NCBI GenBank assembly: GCA_013239625.1
Contig: MU053472.1
Span: 3,519,410 to 3,583,409 of the forward strand
DNA: 64,000 bases
Reading direction: 5' to 3'
Source of the DNA: Lama guanicoe
Taxonomy: Eukaryota
Positions 52,780 to 64,000 of this stretch are shown piece after piece; positions within the stretch are counted from its first letter, which is position 1; every line of letters starts with the position of its first letter. The translations under genes were made by a program, and so were the position numbers. The notes under the pieces were generated by a model that was not told the origin of the DNA, searched no databases, and was given only the letters and a program-made list of their open reading frames with translations.

Positions 52780-53549
52780 AACTCTCAAGAGTAAATTTTC
52801 ATGATTGTGGATTTGGCAATGGATTCTTACATATGACACCAAAAACACAAGCAACAACCAATAGATAAACTGGACTTCATCAAAATTTAAAACTTTTGTG
52901 CATCAAAGGAAACTATCAAGAAAGAGAAAAGAAAATCCACAGGATGGAGAAAAGGTACTTATAAGAAAACAAATGACTTTTTGGAAGGATAAATGGGCCC
53001 ATAGGAGAACAGATGGGAGATCTGATAGTTCTGTGACAATGTCTATCTTGGTGAAAGTACCATGTAAACTTGAGAAGAATGTGTATTCTCCTGTTGCTGG
53101 ATAAAGTAGTCTATAGATATCCACTACATCCAGTTGATTGATTGTGTTCAACTATGTCGTTCTGGATCGGTCCATTTCTGATACAGAAGTGTCGAAGTCT
53201 CCATATAAGTGAATTTGTCTATTTCTCCTTGCAGTTCTATCAGTTTTTATCTCATGTAGTTTGATGCTGTGTTGTCAGGCACATACAAGTTAAGGACTGT
53301 TATGTCTCCTTGGAGGAATAATGTAATGTTCCTCTTTATCTCTGATAACTTTTCTTGGTCTAAAGTCTGCTCTCTGAAGTAAATATAGCTACTCCCACTT
53401 TATTTTGATGAAGTGTTAGCATAGTATATCTTTCTCCAATCATCTGCCTTTAATCTACGTGTATCTTTATACTTAAAGGGGTTTCTTGCAGACATCTAGT
53501 TAGGTCTCGTTTTTGATCCACTGGTATGACCTTTTTGAAAGGCAATTTA

Positions 53550-54026
53550 TGTTAAAGAAAATATTATTCTGACACTTGTTAAAATAGTAAGGAAGATTTT
53601 ACCCAAGAATATTGCAATAGGGATACTGCAATAGGGGAAAGAGATCAAGCTCAATCCCAGATACAGCAAGGACAAGAGGGGATTTATAGCTAAAGAGCAG
53701 TATGAGGGTGTCGAACAGAAAATTACTAAGAGGAAACACCAAAAGTAGGACTCTTGCTAAAGGCAGGCCAAAGACATATATACATCAAAGGTGGGGAATG
53801 AAGAACTTGAGATATCAAGGGTGATCAGATGTCAAGGGTAGGGGATTCTCTCTAAACTAACTTAGCAGGATTCCTTGCTCTTGTACACTCATATTCTTAG
53901 CAACATTCACAACAATGAACTGGGCTGCTTAGGCCAAAGATAGGATGTGGGTCAAGGTAAAGGCCTATTTAAAAAGAGGGCTCACAGGAGGCTGATTAAA
54001 GTTGGGTCAAGGAGAGTCTTTGTCAT
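53550..54026 (-). mobile_element. ERV1-class solo LTR (MER31/MER67-like)
   Basis: TG...CA termini; reverse strand begins tgacaaagactctccttgacc...gagccctctttt. Confidence 0.6.
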
Positions 54027-54341
54027 GTGAAATGTTTATCAAAATTAAAGATGCACATACTTTTTAATATCACAACTCTAATACTTAGAATTTATCCCAT
54101 GAATATACTCACAAATGTACCCCAAGATCTATGTGTAAGGATTATTTCCAAACAATTGTTAATAATAGCATCTCAAAGTCCACCAATAGAGGATTGCTTA
54201 AAGGTACCTACTCCCCCATTCATTTTTATTGTGGTAAAATGCACATAACATAAAATGTACCATCTAAATCATTTTTAAGTGTACAGTTCAGTGGTATTAA
54301 ATACATTCATAATGTTGTGCTACCAGTTCCAGAACACTTTT

Positions 54342-54458
54342 TTCTTTCTTTCTTTTCTTTCCCTTTCTCTCTTTCTTAATTGGAGGTACTGGGGATTAAA
54401 CCCAGGACCTCCTGAGGGTTCAATCCCCAGGATCTTAATTAAAAAAAAAAAAAACAAC
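54342..54458. mobile_element. Rearranged fold-back SINE fragment inside a 13-bp TSD
   Basis: TSD ccagaacactttt (54329-54341 / 54459-54471); two inverted copies of the SINE B-box region. Confidence 0.75.
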
Positions 54459-55160
54459 CCAGAACACTTTTCATCTCATAAAACCAAAACTCTATACCCA
54501 TTAGACAATAACTCCCCACTCTCCTCTTCCCCCAGGCCCTGGCAACCACCACTCTACTTTCTGTAAGTCTGACTACTCTTGATATCTTACATCAGTAGAA
54601 TCATATAGTATGACCTTTTTTGTGACTGGCTTATTTTACTTCACATAATGTCCTCAAGATTCATCCATGTTGTAGCTTATGTCAGAATTTCTTTCTTTTT
54701 TAAGGCTGAATAATATTCCACTGTATGTATATACCACATTTGCTTATCTGTTCATCCATCAATGGACATGTGGGTTACTTCCACATTTTAGCTATTGTGA
54801 ATAATGCTGCTATGAGTAAGAGTGTACAAGTATCTCTTCAAGATCCTGCTTTCAATTCTTTTGGGTATAAACCCAAAAGTGGAATTGCTGGATCATATGG
54901 TAATTCAATTTTCAATTTTTTGAAACTGCCATACTGTTTTCTATAGTGACTGTACCATTTTACATTCCCACCAATGGTGAAAAGTACCTTCTTAAAATAA
55001 CATGCAGCTGAAAAAAGAATGAGATCTAAACATATGTGCTGATACAGAAAAATATGCAAAACACTAAGCCAATATGGAAGGTGCAGAATATTACAGAATA
55101 TTCCTATTAAAAAATATTAAGAATGGGGAGATATAGCAATATACATAAAACTTTTTTGAA

Positions 55161-55279
55161 GGGGGCAGGTATACCTCAGTGGTAGAGTGCATGCCTAGCA
55201 TGCACAAGGTTCTGGGTTCAATCCCCAATACCTCCATCAAAAGGTAAATAAAAACCTAATTACCCCCCAACCAAAAAAA
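55161..55279 (+). mobile_element. tRNA-derived SINE (same family)
   Basis: gggggcaggtatacctcagtggtagagtgcatgcctagcatgcacaaggttctgggttcaatccccaatacctcc plus tail. Confidence 0.88.
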
Positions 55280-55660
55280 TTTTTTTTAATTGTTTTTTGA
55301 GAAGACAGACAAGAAACTATTAATAATGAGAGTGATCAACTTTGAAAAGAGGAGGCAGTAGCAAAGAGAAGTTTTATTTTTTATTTTATACCTTTTTATA
55401 CAGTTTGTTAGATAGGAGCTACTCCACCATTACTCAATCAAGAGGTAGAATCTCTTTCATTATTACTTTAATTTCCTACTTTGGATATAAAACATATATA
55501 TGTATATATACATACATATATACATAAAATACATGTAAATATAAATAAATTGTAGAACAAGGAAGAGATTTTCTCAATTGGTTTATACTACTGTACTATT
55601 TACTTGCTAATCAAACATGTCCAAAGATGCTTAGTCACATTTCAGTAGTTTGGGCCATAC

Positions 55661-55794
55661 CTTTGGGTGTTCTGAAAGGAAGTCTGGAAGGAGATAAACT
55701 TGTGCCAGTAACTCTGTGTAGTCATGACAACGAAAATAATATATATGGGAAAGAATATTTTCAAGAGTGAAATCCTGCAAAGCTTCTGGGTGCT
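55661..55794 (-). CDS. RAD51C: RAD51C coding exon 4 (134 nt)
   Basis: Acceptor tttcag|[50 protein letters not shown]; donor AAG|GTATGG. Confidence 0.97.
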
Positions 55795-57223
55795 CTGAAA
55801 TAAACAACAAAACAATTTTAAACAATCTTAAAATAACAAGCTTTACCTGTTTTGATATATTGGTGATTGTAGAAAAACAATACTTTTGAACAGCAAAATG
55901 TTTCACTGTGAATAACAAATCTCTTTTTAATTGAAAGATGATAAAATTGTAGCAAAATTACTATAAACTATCATAACTTCTGACCTCTTGTTTTCACCTT
56001 TCCCACTGATTCCTTATATACTGGGCTACCTAGAAGTAGTTTATACATGTTTACAACTAGATTTTTAATGCCTGCCTTTTCATATTTCCAGTTATCAGCT
56101 TCCATTAAATACAAGTAACATAATGGAATTTCTCTTTCTTGTTTTTCTCATAGGACTCCAAACTAAGAATTAAAAAGGAAAAATGTTCAAAAGAAGCATA
56201 TTCTTCCTTTAAATGCCATAGTATACTTTGATATTTATGTAGGAACAATGATATAAAATTAAATTCCCTCCTTAGATTGGATTTTTTTAAATAATCAGAT
56301 TGATTTTGTACATATTTCAGAGAGAAACCATTTAAAAATCATTGCATTTTAAAATGCACTTGTTTTAAAATTAAAATATCAAGAAATTAAATTTCAGAAA
56401 ACATTGCCTAACACACATATACATTTTAGAAGTTCAATTTTAATCAAAAAATAACAGCTTAATCACACACCAATCATTAAAAACTCTCTATTCCAAAGCT
56501 ACATCCACAATATCTACAATATGATCTTAAGACACTATTACAAATTACACCTGTGACATGGGTAGTTTGAGGGACTTTCAGTAGGTATATTGGTTCCTAG
56601 TTAAAAAGGACAACAAATACTCCAATGAAAATCAAAATATATAGCTGATTATATTTATTTAAAGGGAATACAAACATGTTATGAAAAGCCTTATACTTTT
56701 TTAAAAACTTCTAGAGAAAAGAATAAAGACCGTACACCTGAAAAATAAAGCAAAAACTTCCCAACACTTTAACAATAAACACAGTCATGAAGTCAATTAC
56801 ATACTACTCAGAGCCACATAAGGTCAATCAGCCTAATGTTCCAAACATTTCTAGACATGATTTTTTCAAAGTCATCCTTGGTTTTTGGAAAAATAAGTAT
56901 GAAAGTCAATATACACTGAATGCATTGAGACAACATTTACTTATATTAAGGTGTCCAACATTAGCTTACACCTGGCAACTCAGATCATAATAATTTTGAA
57001 GTCATTCATTGAAATACACAAAGGTTTCGCTCCAGAGCTCTTTCAGTAAGAAGTGAGGGCCTTAAAAGGGGAAGAAAAGGCCAGTCCAGACTGTGGCATT
57101 TCTCATTTTGTAAGAGAAGTATGAGAGTAGTATGACTAGTACACTGTTAAATCATCAAGCTTCACATTCCAAATGGTCTGCTGCTAAGGCTGAGACAGAT
57201 AGAAATGCAAATTACTTTTACTA

Positions 57224-57448
<225 letters not shown>

Positions 57449-58020
57449 TCATTATCATGATCATCAAAGACAGTGTTTTTCCAACTCCAGATCACCACTC
57501 ATTAGATACCACTAAATGTTTTATAGGCACAAATATAATCTCCAAAGCAACAGAGATAGCTAACTCTCCGTGCATCCAAAGATGTGAATCAATTGATGCT
57601 TCGATTAGGGGGAGGGTGTACCTCTAAAACCAAGGTTAAGGACTTTTCAGTGGTTTTTAGGGTTCTGGGAATGGAACCTTTTCTTATTATACATAAATCT
57701 AATTTCAAACTTTTGACTTTAAAATGTATCCTTAAGAATTATTTCTATAATAAAGTAGAAGACTGCCTGTTTACCCTACTGGCCACACTATACTGTTGCA
57801 AAAGAAACATTTTTTAATATCAAAATAATTGTATCAATTTATCAAGATGGGGTGCTGAAGTAAGGCAAAGGGTAAGTTGATTTGTTTGATGTACACATAC
57901 ACACAAAATTAAGAACACATACATGCCTTTTTTGGTCTCCTAACTGTATACCCACAACACAATACTACTTACATAAAATGTTATTAAGCCTATTCTTAAG
58001 AGAGGAACATTTTATTTTAC

Positions 58021-58279
58021 CATAATTGTGTTTTTCCAACACCTGGTGCACCACAAATCTCTGTTGTTTTGGTTAAGGGTATTCCACCCCCAAGAATATT
58101 ATCTAATGCTGAACAGAAGGTAATTATGAAGTTCTGGGTATGCTCCTGCTCAAGAAGTTCCAGTGCTGTATACTTCTTGCCTGACTCAGCTGTACCAGGA
58201 TATCTCGTTTTATTTGTGAGACATTCTCTTCTTATAATTTGCAGAGTTTCCAAGGCTTCCTCTTTAGATATTCCAACTT
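58021..58279 (-). CDS. RAD51C: RAD51C coding exon 2 (259 nt), contains Walker A GAPGVGKT
   Basis: Acceptor tttcag|AAGTTGG; translates [21 protein letters not shown]...[13 protein letters not shown]; donor ATG|GTAAAA; phase matches exons 1 and 3. Confidence 0.97.
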
Positions 58280-60018
58280 CTGAAAGTAAGAAACAAAAAC
58301 AAAAACAAAAACACCAGATTTTAGAGATTTAAAATGGTTTAATATGCTATTGGACTGTGTTCATTAATTTTAATTTTCAAATAACAAGAGTGATGCCAAG
58401 AATAGCGAAACATAAAAATGTAACATTCGATTAACTATTTATCAAGTTAATAAAGGCATTAATAAAGGCATTAACCTATGGTTTCTTAGTGTTCACATAC
58501 TTAAGATTTATCTATTACCTCAGAAACAATTCAGAAACCTAAACCTCTAGAGCATTTCTGAGTAACTAGAAGAGAATCTCAGGAGGTAGAAATGAAACTG
58601 TAGTTTTTTTTCTTTTGGTCCTTTTACTAATTCTTTGGTCTTTTTACTATCTCTTTTGGTCTTACAAAACCGTAATTAACTTGCAATCATAAAGTATACA
58701 GATTGTTTTTTGAAAAAGAATGAAAATGGCCTCTTTAACTGCCTAAAACAAAATGCAACTTTAAGGAGTACATTTGCTTCTATTACTCATAATGAAACTT
58801 TTGATGAATACAATGGAATGAAAAACTCATGGATCATTCCAAAGTATTTAATGAGAATAGTTATTTGATGCACAAATATTTTAAACAATACACTTATGCT
58901 TCCTCAACTACATAATTACATTACTATCTGACAATATGGCCTGAGAAGCAAATTACAAAACAAGCTGCCTATGGAGAAAACAACGGTGAGGATAGTATGA
59001 GTTTGGTATATCAGTGCTTGACTTGGTAAGGATATGAACTATAAATCTGGAGACAACAATGGTGCTGAGGAAATGAAAATCCCATTCAATTTAAGAGCCC
59101 TAACTCTGGAGTCAGATTACTTAGGTTTGTCAATCCTGCCTGCACCACTTACTCTGTAGTCACTATGCATGGGCAAGTTACTTTTTCATGCCTCAGACTC
59201 TTCTGTAAAATGAGAATGAAACAATACATGTAAAAACCTTGGTAGAAAAGGCCATCCAAAATGCTCAATAATTAACTATTATTATTATTCAGATTCTCTC
59301 ATTTTTTGTAAAACCAACTTGTTGAAAGAAGAGCCCTTTGAACTTGGGGGATACAGCCTTTGTTTTAAGACTTAAAACAGTTAACCTTAGGTCTGTAACA
59401 TTTGTTCTTGAGTGAGAGTTGAAACCTTATTTTCCACTGTTAAGGGCAATGACTTAACTCTCTTCTATGTTAATAACACAGTACGGCATACTGTAGTGTA
59501 ATGTGCACAAGTGAGAGTGACCGCAGACAGCTTCATTTTTGTATGCCTCAGGAAGCAGTGGCTCCCACCAACATATAATCTATAATGTTCTGGCATGTAA
59601 GGTTTGGGGTTTTTCAGTGAATTGCATTAAGAGAAGCGATGTCTTCTTTTCTACTGGTCTCTCCAGGTTCTGGGGATTCTACTCCCTTTTACACTCTTAA
59701 TTTATCTAAGCCTATCACGAATCCTGCGTTCCTTAAATTTAATCCCCGCCCCTTGGGTTTTGGAACAGCAAAAATTAGCCTGCCTGGATTCCAATACTGG
59801 CTCCAGAACTTCCTAACCCACCCATAATTCAGTTACTTAACTTCCCCAAATATCAGTTCCTTCATCTATATACTGGACATAATCCACGAAAGACGGTTCT
59901 TTGAGCATAGATGAAATAATCCTCAGAGCTTTCAGCAGGCACTGGCAGAGAAAGTAATTTGTGAAAGTTTTCAAGACCATAGTTTTCTAACCCACGCTTA
60001 AGTGGAGCAGCTGTTTCA

Positions 60019-60267
<249 letters not shown>

Positions 60268-60789
60268 CTACGCGCGCAGCAGCGGAGACCCAAAGTCGCC
60301 AAAGCCCGCGCGCCAGCGCCGGGCTGCGCCGTATGACGTCAGACGTAAGGCAGAAGGGGCGGGGTCGGCAGCCTGGCTGCACGAGGCCTTGGGCTTTTCC
60401 GCTCAGCGGAAGCCTACTAAGTTTTTACACGTTGGCACAGTTTCCATTGTGATTCTTCGTAGCCCCATTTAGAGTTTGTACATCAAAAGCTCATCCTGAC
60501 CGTAAACAGATGGATGGAGACCGCAAGATGCAGAGTTGTACTACTTTCCTCACCTCCACCCTGACCCCTTGGGTGGAGGCCTCAGAGTTGTTAGTAGGAA
60601 TGATCTCCCCTAGTGGGACTAGCAGACTCACTGGCCAGTTACCGGTTTGGGGTATCTAACAAGATTAATAAAGATTAATCTCCATCCTCGTTATAGGGTT
60701 CCACTGTATTGAGTCTCCTTGCGGCTGCCCCCCTTGCCTGCCCCCGTCGCTTTTCCCGCCCTCGCCCTCGCAAGGGATTGTGGGTCAGC

Positions 60790-60921
60790 CCCCCACACCC
60801 ACGGGGCGCACTCGGCGCCGAATCCCCGCACCCACCAACGTCTTCCTGCGAGTCGAGTTCGGAACATGGTGGTTTCTGAGACTGTTAGTTCTTCACGGCC
60901 TGCCCAGAAGTAGCTGGAAAA
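60790..60921 (+). other. TEX14: Probable non-coding first exon of TEX14 (start approximate)
   Basis: Second GC-rich block of the island, ending at a plus-strand donor AAA|GTAAGC (GT 60922-60923). Identity rests on the known head-to-head TEX14/RAD51C arrangement in mammals; no TEX14 coding sequence is in the window. Confidence 0.55.
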
Positions 60922-63900
60922 GTAAGCAAGTAATGTCCCCACAGCGGGTTGGGCTCCCCCGGTCCTGAGAGGGAGGAGTTGGGCTACGCAAGAGCTCCTG
61001 TTCTGGTACAGAGTTGGGAAGGGACCACTTCTAAAATAGAGAATTTTGAGGGAATTGAGAGGCGGTTTGGAAGGTTTTCTTGCCTAGAAGAGTATAATGT
61101 ATGTAAGGGAGTAACTCATTCCCTACCTTTTGGTTACAATTCTTATTCTAGACTTTTCTTCCCAGCTGAAAAGAACTCCTTAAACATTGCAAATCAGAGC
61201 CTTTTAAGTACGTAAGATCTAAGGAAAGAAACATGTTGACCACCTTAGCAAATCCTACACATTTAAAATGCTCACAGCCGTGCCATGAGGAAAACAAGAA
61301 CGCGGCAGCTCAGAGCACAGGTTTCTTGAAGCCGAAGTTAAAACCTAGCACCTTTTTTTCTACTGCCACCTACCTCCAAATTGTGAGACAGCTCTTGGGG
61401 TGGGGGTGGGGGGAAATTTCCAGAAGTATTTTTCCCTCATTTGGTAGGGCAGTGAAAATCTGGTAGGAAATACGGTTGATTTGCCACTGTACATTGCTTA
61501 ATTTCTGCGTATCTGGACTTACAGGGAGCGTTACAAAAATGTCCTCCCACAGGGAGAATTCAGGTTTATGCTTATAAAGCAACCAGGCTCTTGGGTGAAG
61601 AAGAGATGATATAACACATTGAGGGATAGCTCTTCAGGTAGTTTGGTCATACTCAGTGCAATCGGTCGTGTTTAGAATTGTGTTTCATTGGCAGTGGAGA
61701 GTAAAGAAACTAGTCTTATCTGTAGCTATACTGTTATGTGTTGTTAGTATCTTATTCGCACCCTTGATTTGCTATAATAATTATTGCTTTCATCATCATT
61801 CTTAAGATTTCTTTTATGCAGTTTGTCTATAGTCAGGTTTTCAAACTGGGATCCAGCTTTATAAGGCCAGGCGCCAGGAACTGAACAAAGCTGTGAAATT
61901 TTTATGGAAGGTGCACTTTCCTATACTGTCAGTTTTTCTCAAATATTTCTTTGGAGAGGGAAGAGTTGAATAATTTAAGTGGTGAGCCATTTAAAATGTT
62001 TTGTATTAAATAAGCATTAATATATTGTAGAGTAAAATGCAAATATAAAAATAAATTTTAAGATAAACATGAGACTTTGAAGAAAGATCCAGTTCAAACT
62101 GGATGCTTCAGTAGTCTTCCAAATCCTCCTGGGAATGTTATTATTGGCCTCTTCGGTTTGGGAATACTGGATTTTGAGAAGCAAGCATAACAGGTATGAG
62201 CTTTGAAGTCATACAAATTTGGGTTTGTATCACATCTCTGGATATTACCAACTGTGGGACTTTCAGCAAGTTACTCAGTTTCCTCACCTGCAAATGGAAG
62301 ATAATATTTCATGGGGTTGTGGGAAAGATTAAATTAATAAATATAAAGTACTTAGCACAGAAAAGGTACATAAATCTTAAGTTTTTTCTCTATTTAAAAA
62401 TATTCTAATATGTGTATTTGGTTGAATAAAGCCTTATTGAACACCTAGCTCAGCAGAATGCTAATGCTGTGAGCCTTTTTTAAAAAACTACCTGCAGTTG
62501 TAAGGTGCCAAAGAAATATGCTTTTACCTCTTATTTTATTTGACTTGATCCTTACAGTAATCCTGTGAACAGTTTCCTGGGGTCCCCATTTAAAATTAAC
62601 ACATTTAAGATTGGATCACTTAAGCAAGGTTAAATATTTAACTGCTAGGTTTTGCAGGCTGACAGGGCAAACAAAAGAGTCTGTGGGCTCATGGAGCCTA
62701 TAATCAATCAGGATTATTGTTGAGTATTTCTGACTTGTGTTGCATTTCTGACTTGTGTTATTGTCTAGATATAATACTAAGGATAGGAATGAGGTACCAA
62801 TATGCTGTCAATATCTATAATTAAAGTATTTAAATAACAAGACATTTTCATGCTCACTGGGGGGTGGGGAATGGGGAAGCCCCTTAAAAGGAGGAGAACC
62901 CGGAAGAGTGGTTCTTGTCTTCTGGCTGTGAAAGAATTCACAGTGGAGATAAAGGGGCAGAGTGAAAGCTGCTCTACTGCTCAAATAAAAGGAAAAGAGG
63001 AGAAGACACTCGACACTTGGGTAGAAAGACACTCAAGCAGAGGAACTCTAAGCCCAGGTGGCTTGACATAACAACTCCCACTTTTAGAGTCCCCGGCTGG
63101 GTCCTTTTATTCCTCTTTGTTGTGGCTTCTTTTGTCTCCTCATTGGCTGCCCTTTTCCTGCTTGCTTTCCAGTTTGTTCTGCTCTGTGGAACAAACACTC
63201 TGCAAAAACATGATAAGTCACCCTCAAACAATGTGGTCAAGCTAGGTTGAGCAAGCAAGGCAAGCAAGTGGGTTCCTTAAACAGTATGGAAAAAGAAATC
63301 AGATCATGTCAGGGCTTTGTGTTTCCGCAAGGTAGCTTTTTCCATTACTCAGCAGAAGCATTTTCTGGAGTCAGCTATAGCTTAATTTTAAATTTTAAAG
63401 AAGTCTCTAGGCAACAGGTCCCAGTTTCAGTTCCCTAGCTCTCTGTCTCCTTCAGCTGGGCTATTTTCTAGAGATGTGGGGGAGAAATCATCTGAATATT
63501 TTTGTTACACCTGAGGAGAGGTTTATTTTCTTTTAGCCTAAGAACATGGAAGTTTTAAAAATGGTGACCTTGCGTGTTCAAGTGAATTTGGGCATAGGAA
63601 AGATAAATGAGTGCTGTCTGGACTAAGGAAAAACTCTGAATCTAGGCTTGGCTTTAGAGATGGTTGTGATAAATCTTAAGGCCTCAAACATTTATATTTG
63701 GAATAGCAATATCAAAATTACACAAGGCCTAATACAAAATAGGAGCTTAAAATATTTGTTGTCCACCAACTCTTAAAATGTTGTTCTCACTTGACTTCTG
63801 AGATGCTACACTCCTGATTTACTTCCTACCCATCTGGCTTTTCTGTCTCCCTTCCAAGTTTGTCCTCTATAACCTGGGCATGAATGTTACAATTCTTTTA

Positions 63901-64000
63901 AGGCCCTATTGCTGACTTCTCACTGACTGTCCTGTTCTATTCTCTCCTCTCTGATTCTCCCATCCTCTATCTTTCTCTCTGCTATCTTATTCATATTCAC

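Larger units (their letters stand above)
48495..52960 (+). mobile_element. Old L1M ORF2 relic in RAD51C intron 4, with nested insertions
   Basis: Degenerate ORF2 motifs ([34 protein letters not shown]) interrupted by the Tigger-like element, MaLR LTR, SINE and ERV1 LTR listed separately. Confidence 0.88.

Noticed and set aside
58608..58663. Three ~20-bp imperfect repeats, and similar short duplications at 40348, 58449 and 62726, as CRISPR-like arrays
   Set aside because: No unique spacers of regular length, eukaryotic context; simple slippage repeats.
62850..63438. Cluster of ORFs downstream of the TEX14 leader as TEX14 coding exons
   Set aside because: No resemblance to the TEX14 ankyrin/kinase-like protein; looks like a degraded LTR or unique intron sequence.

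Overview
Mammalian, AT-rich, repeat-dense genomic DNA, not prokaryotic. A ~120 bp tRNA-derived SINE and the L1 3' ends suggest a camelid (inference, from recall of the repeat families). The window covers the conserved TEX14 / RAD51C / PPM1E neighbourhood. (1) RAD51C is complete on the minus strand: 9 coding exons, 60252 to 35258, 1116 nt, 371 aa, all GT-AG. (2) PPM1E has its CpG-island promoter and coding exon 1 on the minus strand (16966-16521); intron 1 runs off the left edge. (3) A probable non-coding first exon of TEX14 lies on the plus strand, sharing a bidirectional CpG-island promoter with RAD51C. The rest is intronic or intergenic, with L1, L2, MIR, SINE, MaLR/ERV LTR and Tigger/hAT relics; repeat subfamily names are from recall, not a database search. 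I found no new multi-gene system. The most interesting signals are post-transcriptional: an atypical ATA|GTTAAGTA donor overlapping a stop codon and an overlapping uORF at PPM1E exon 1, a donor/stop/AATAAA overlap at RAD51C exon 2, and a strong-Kozak uORF in the putative TEX14 leader. There are also unusual insertion scars, including a fold-back double-tailed SINE and an orphan mRNA 3'-end retrocopy.
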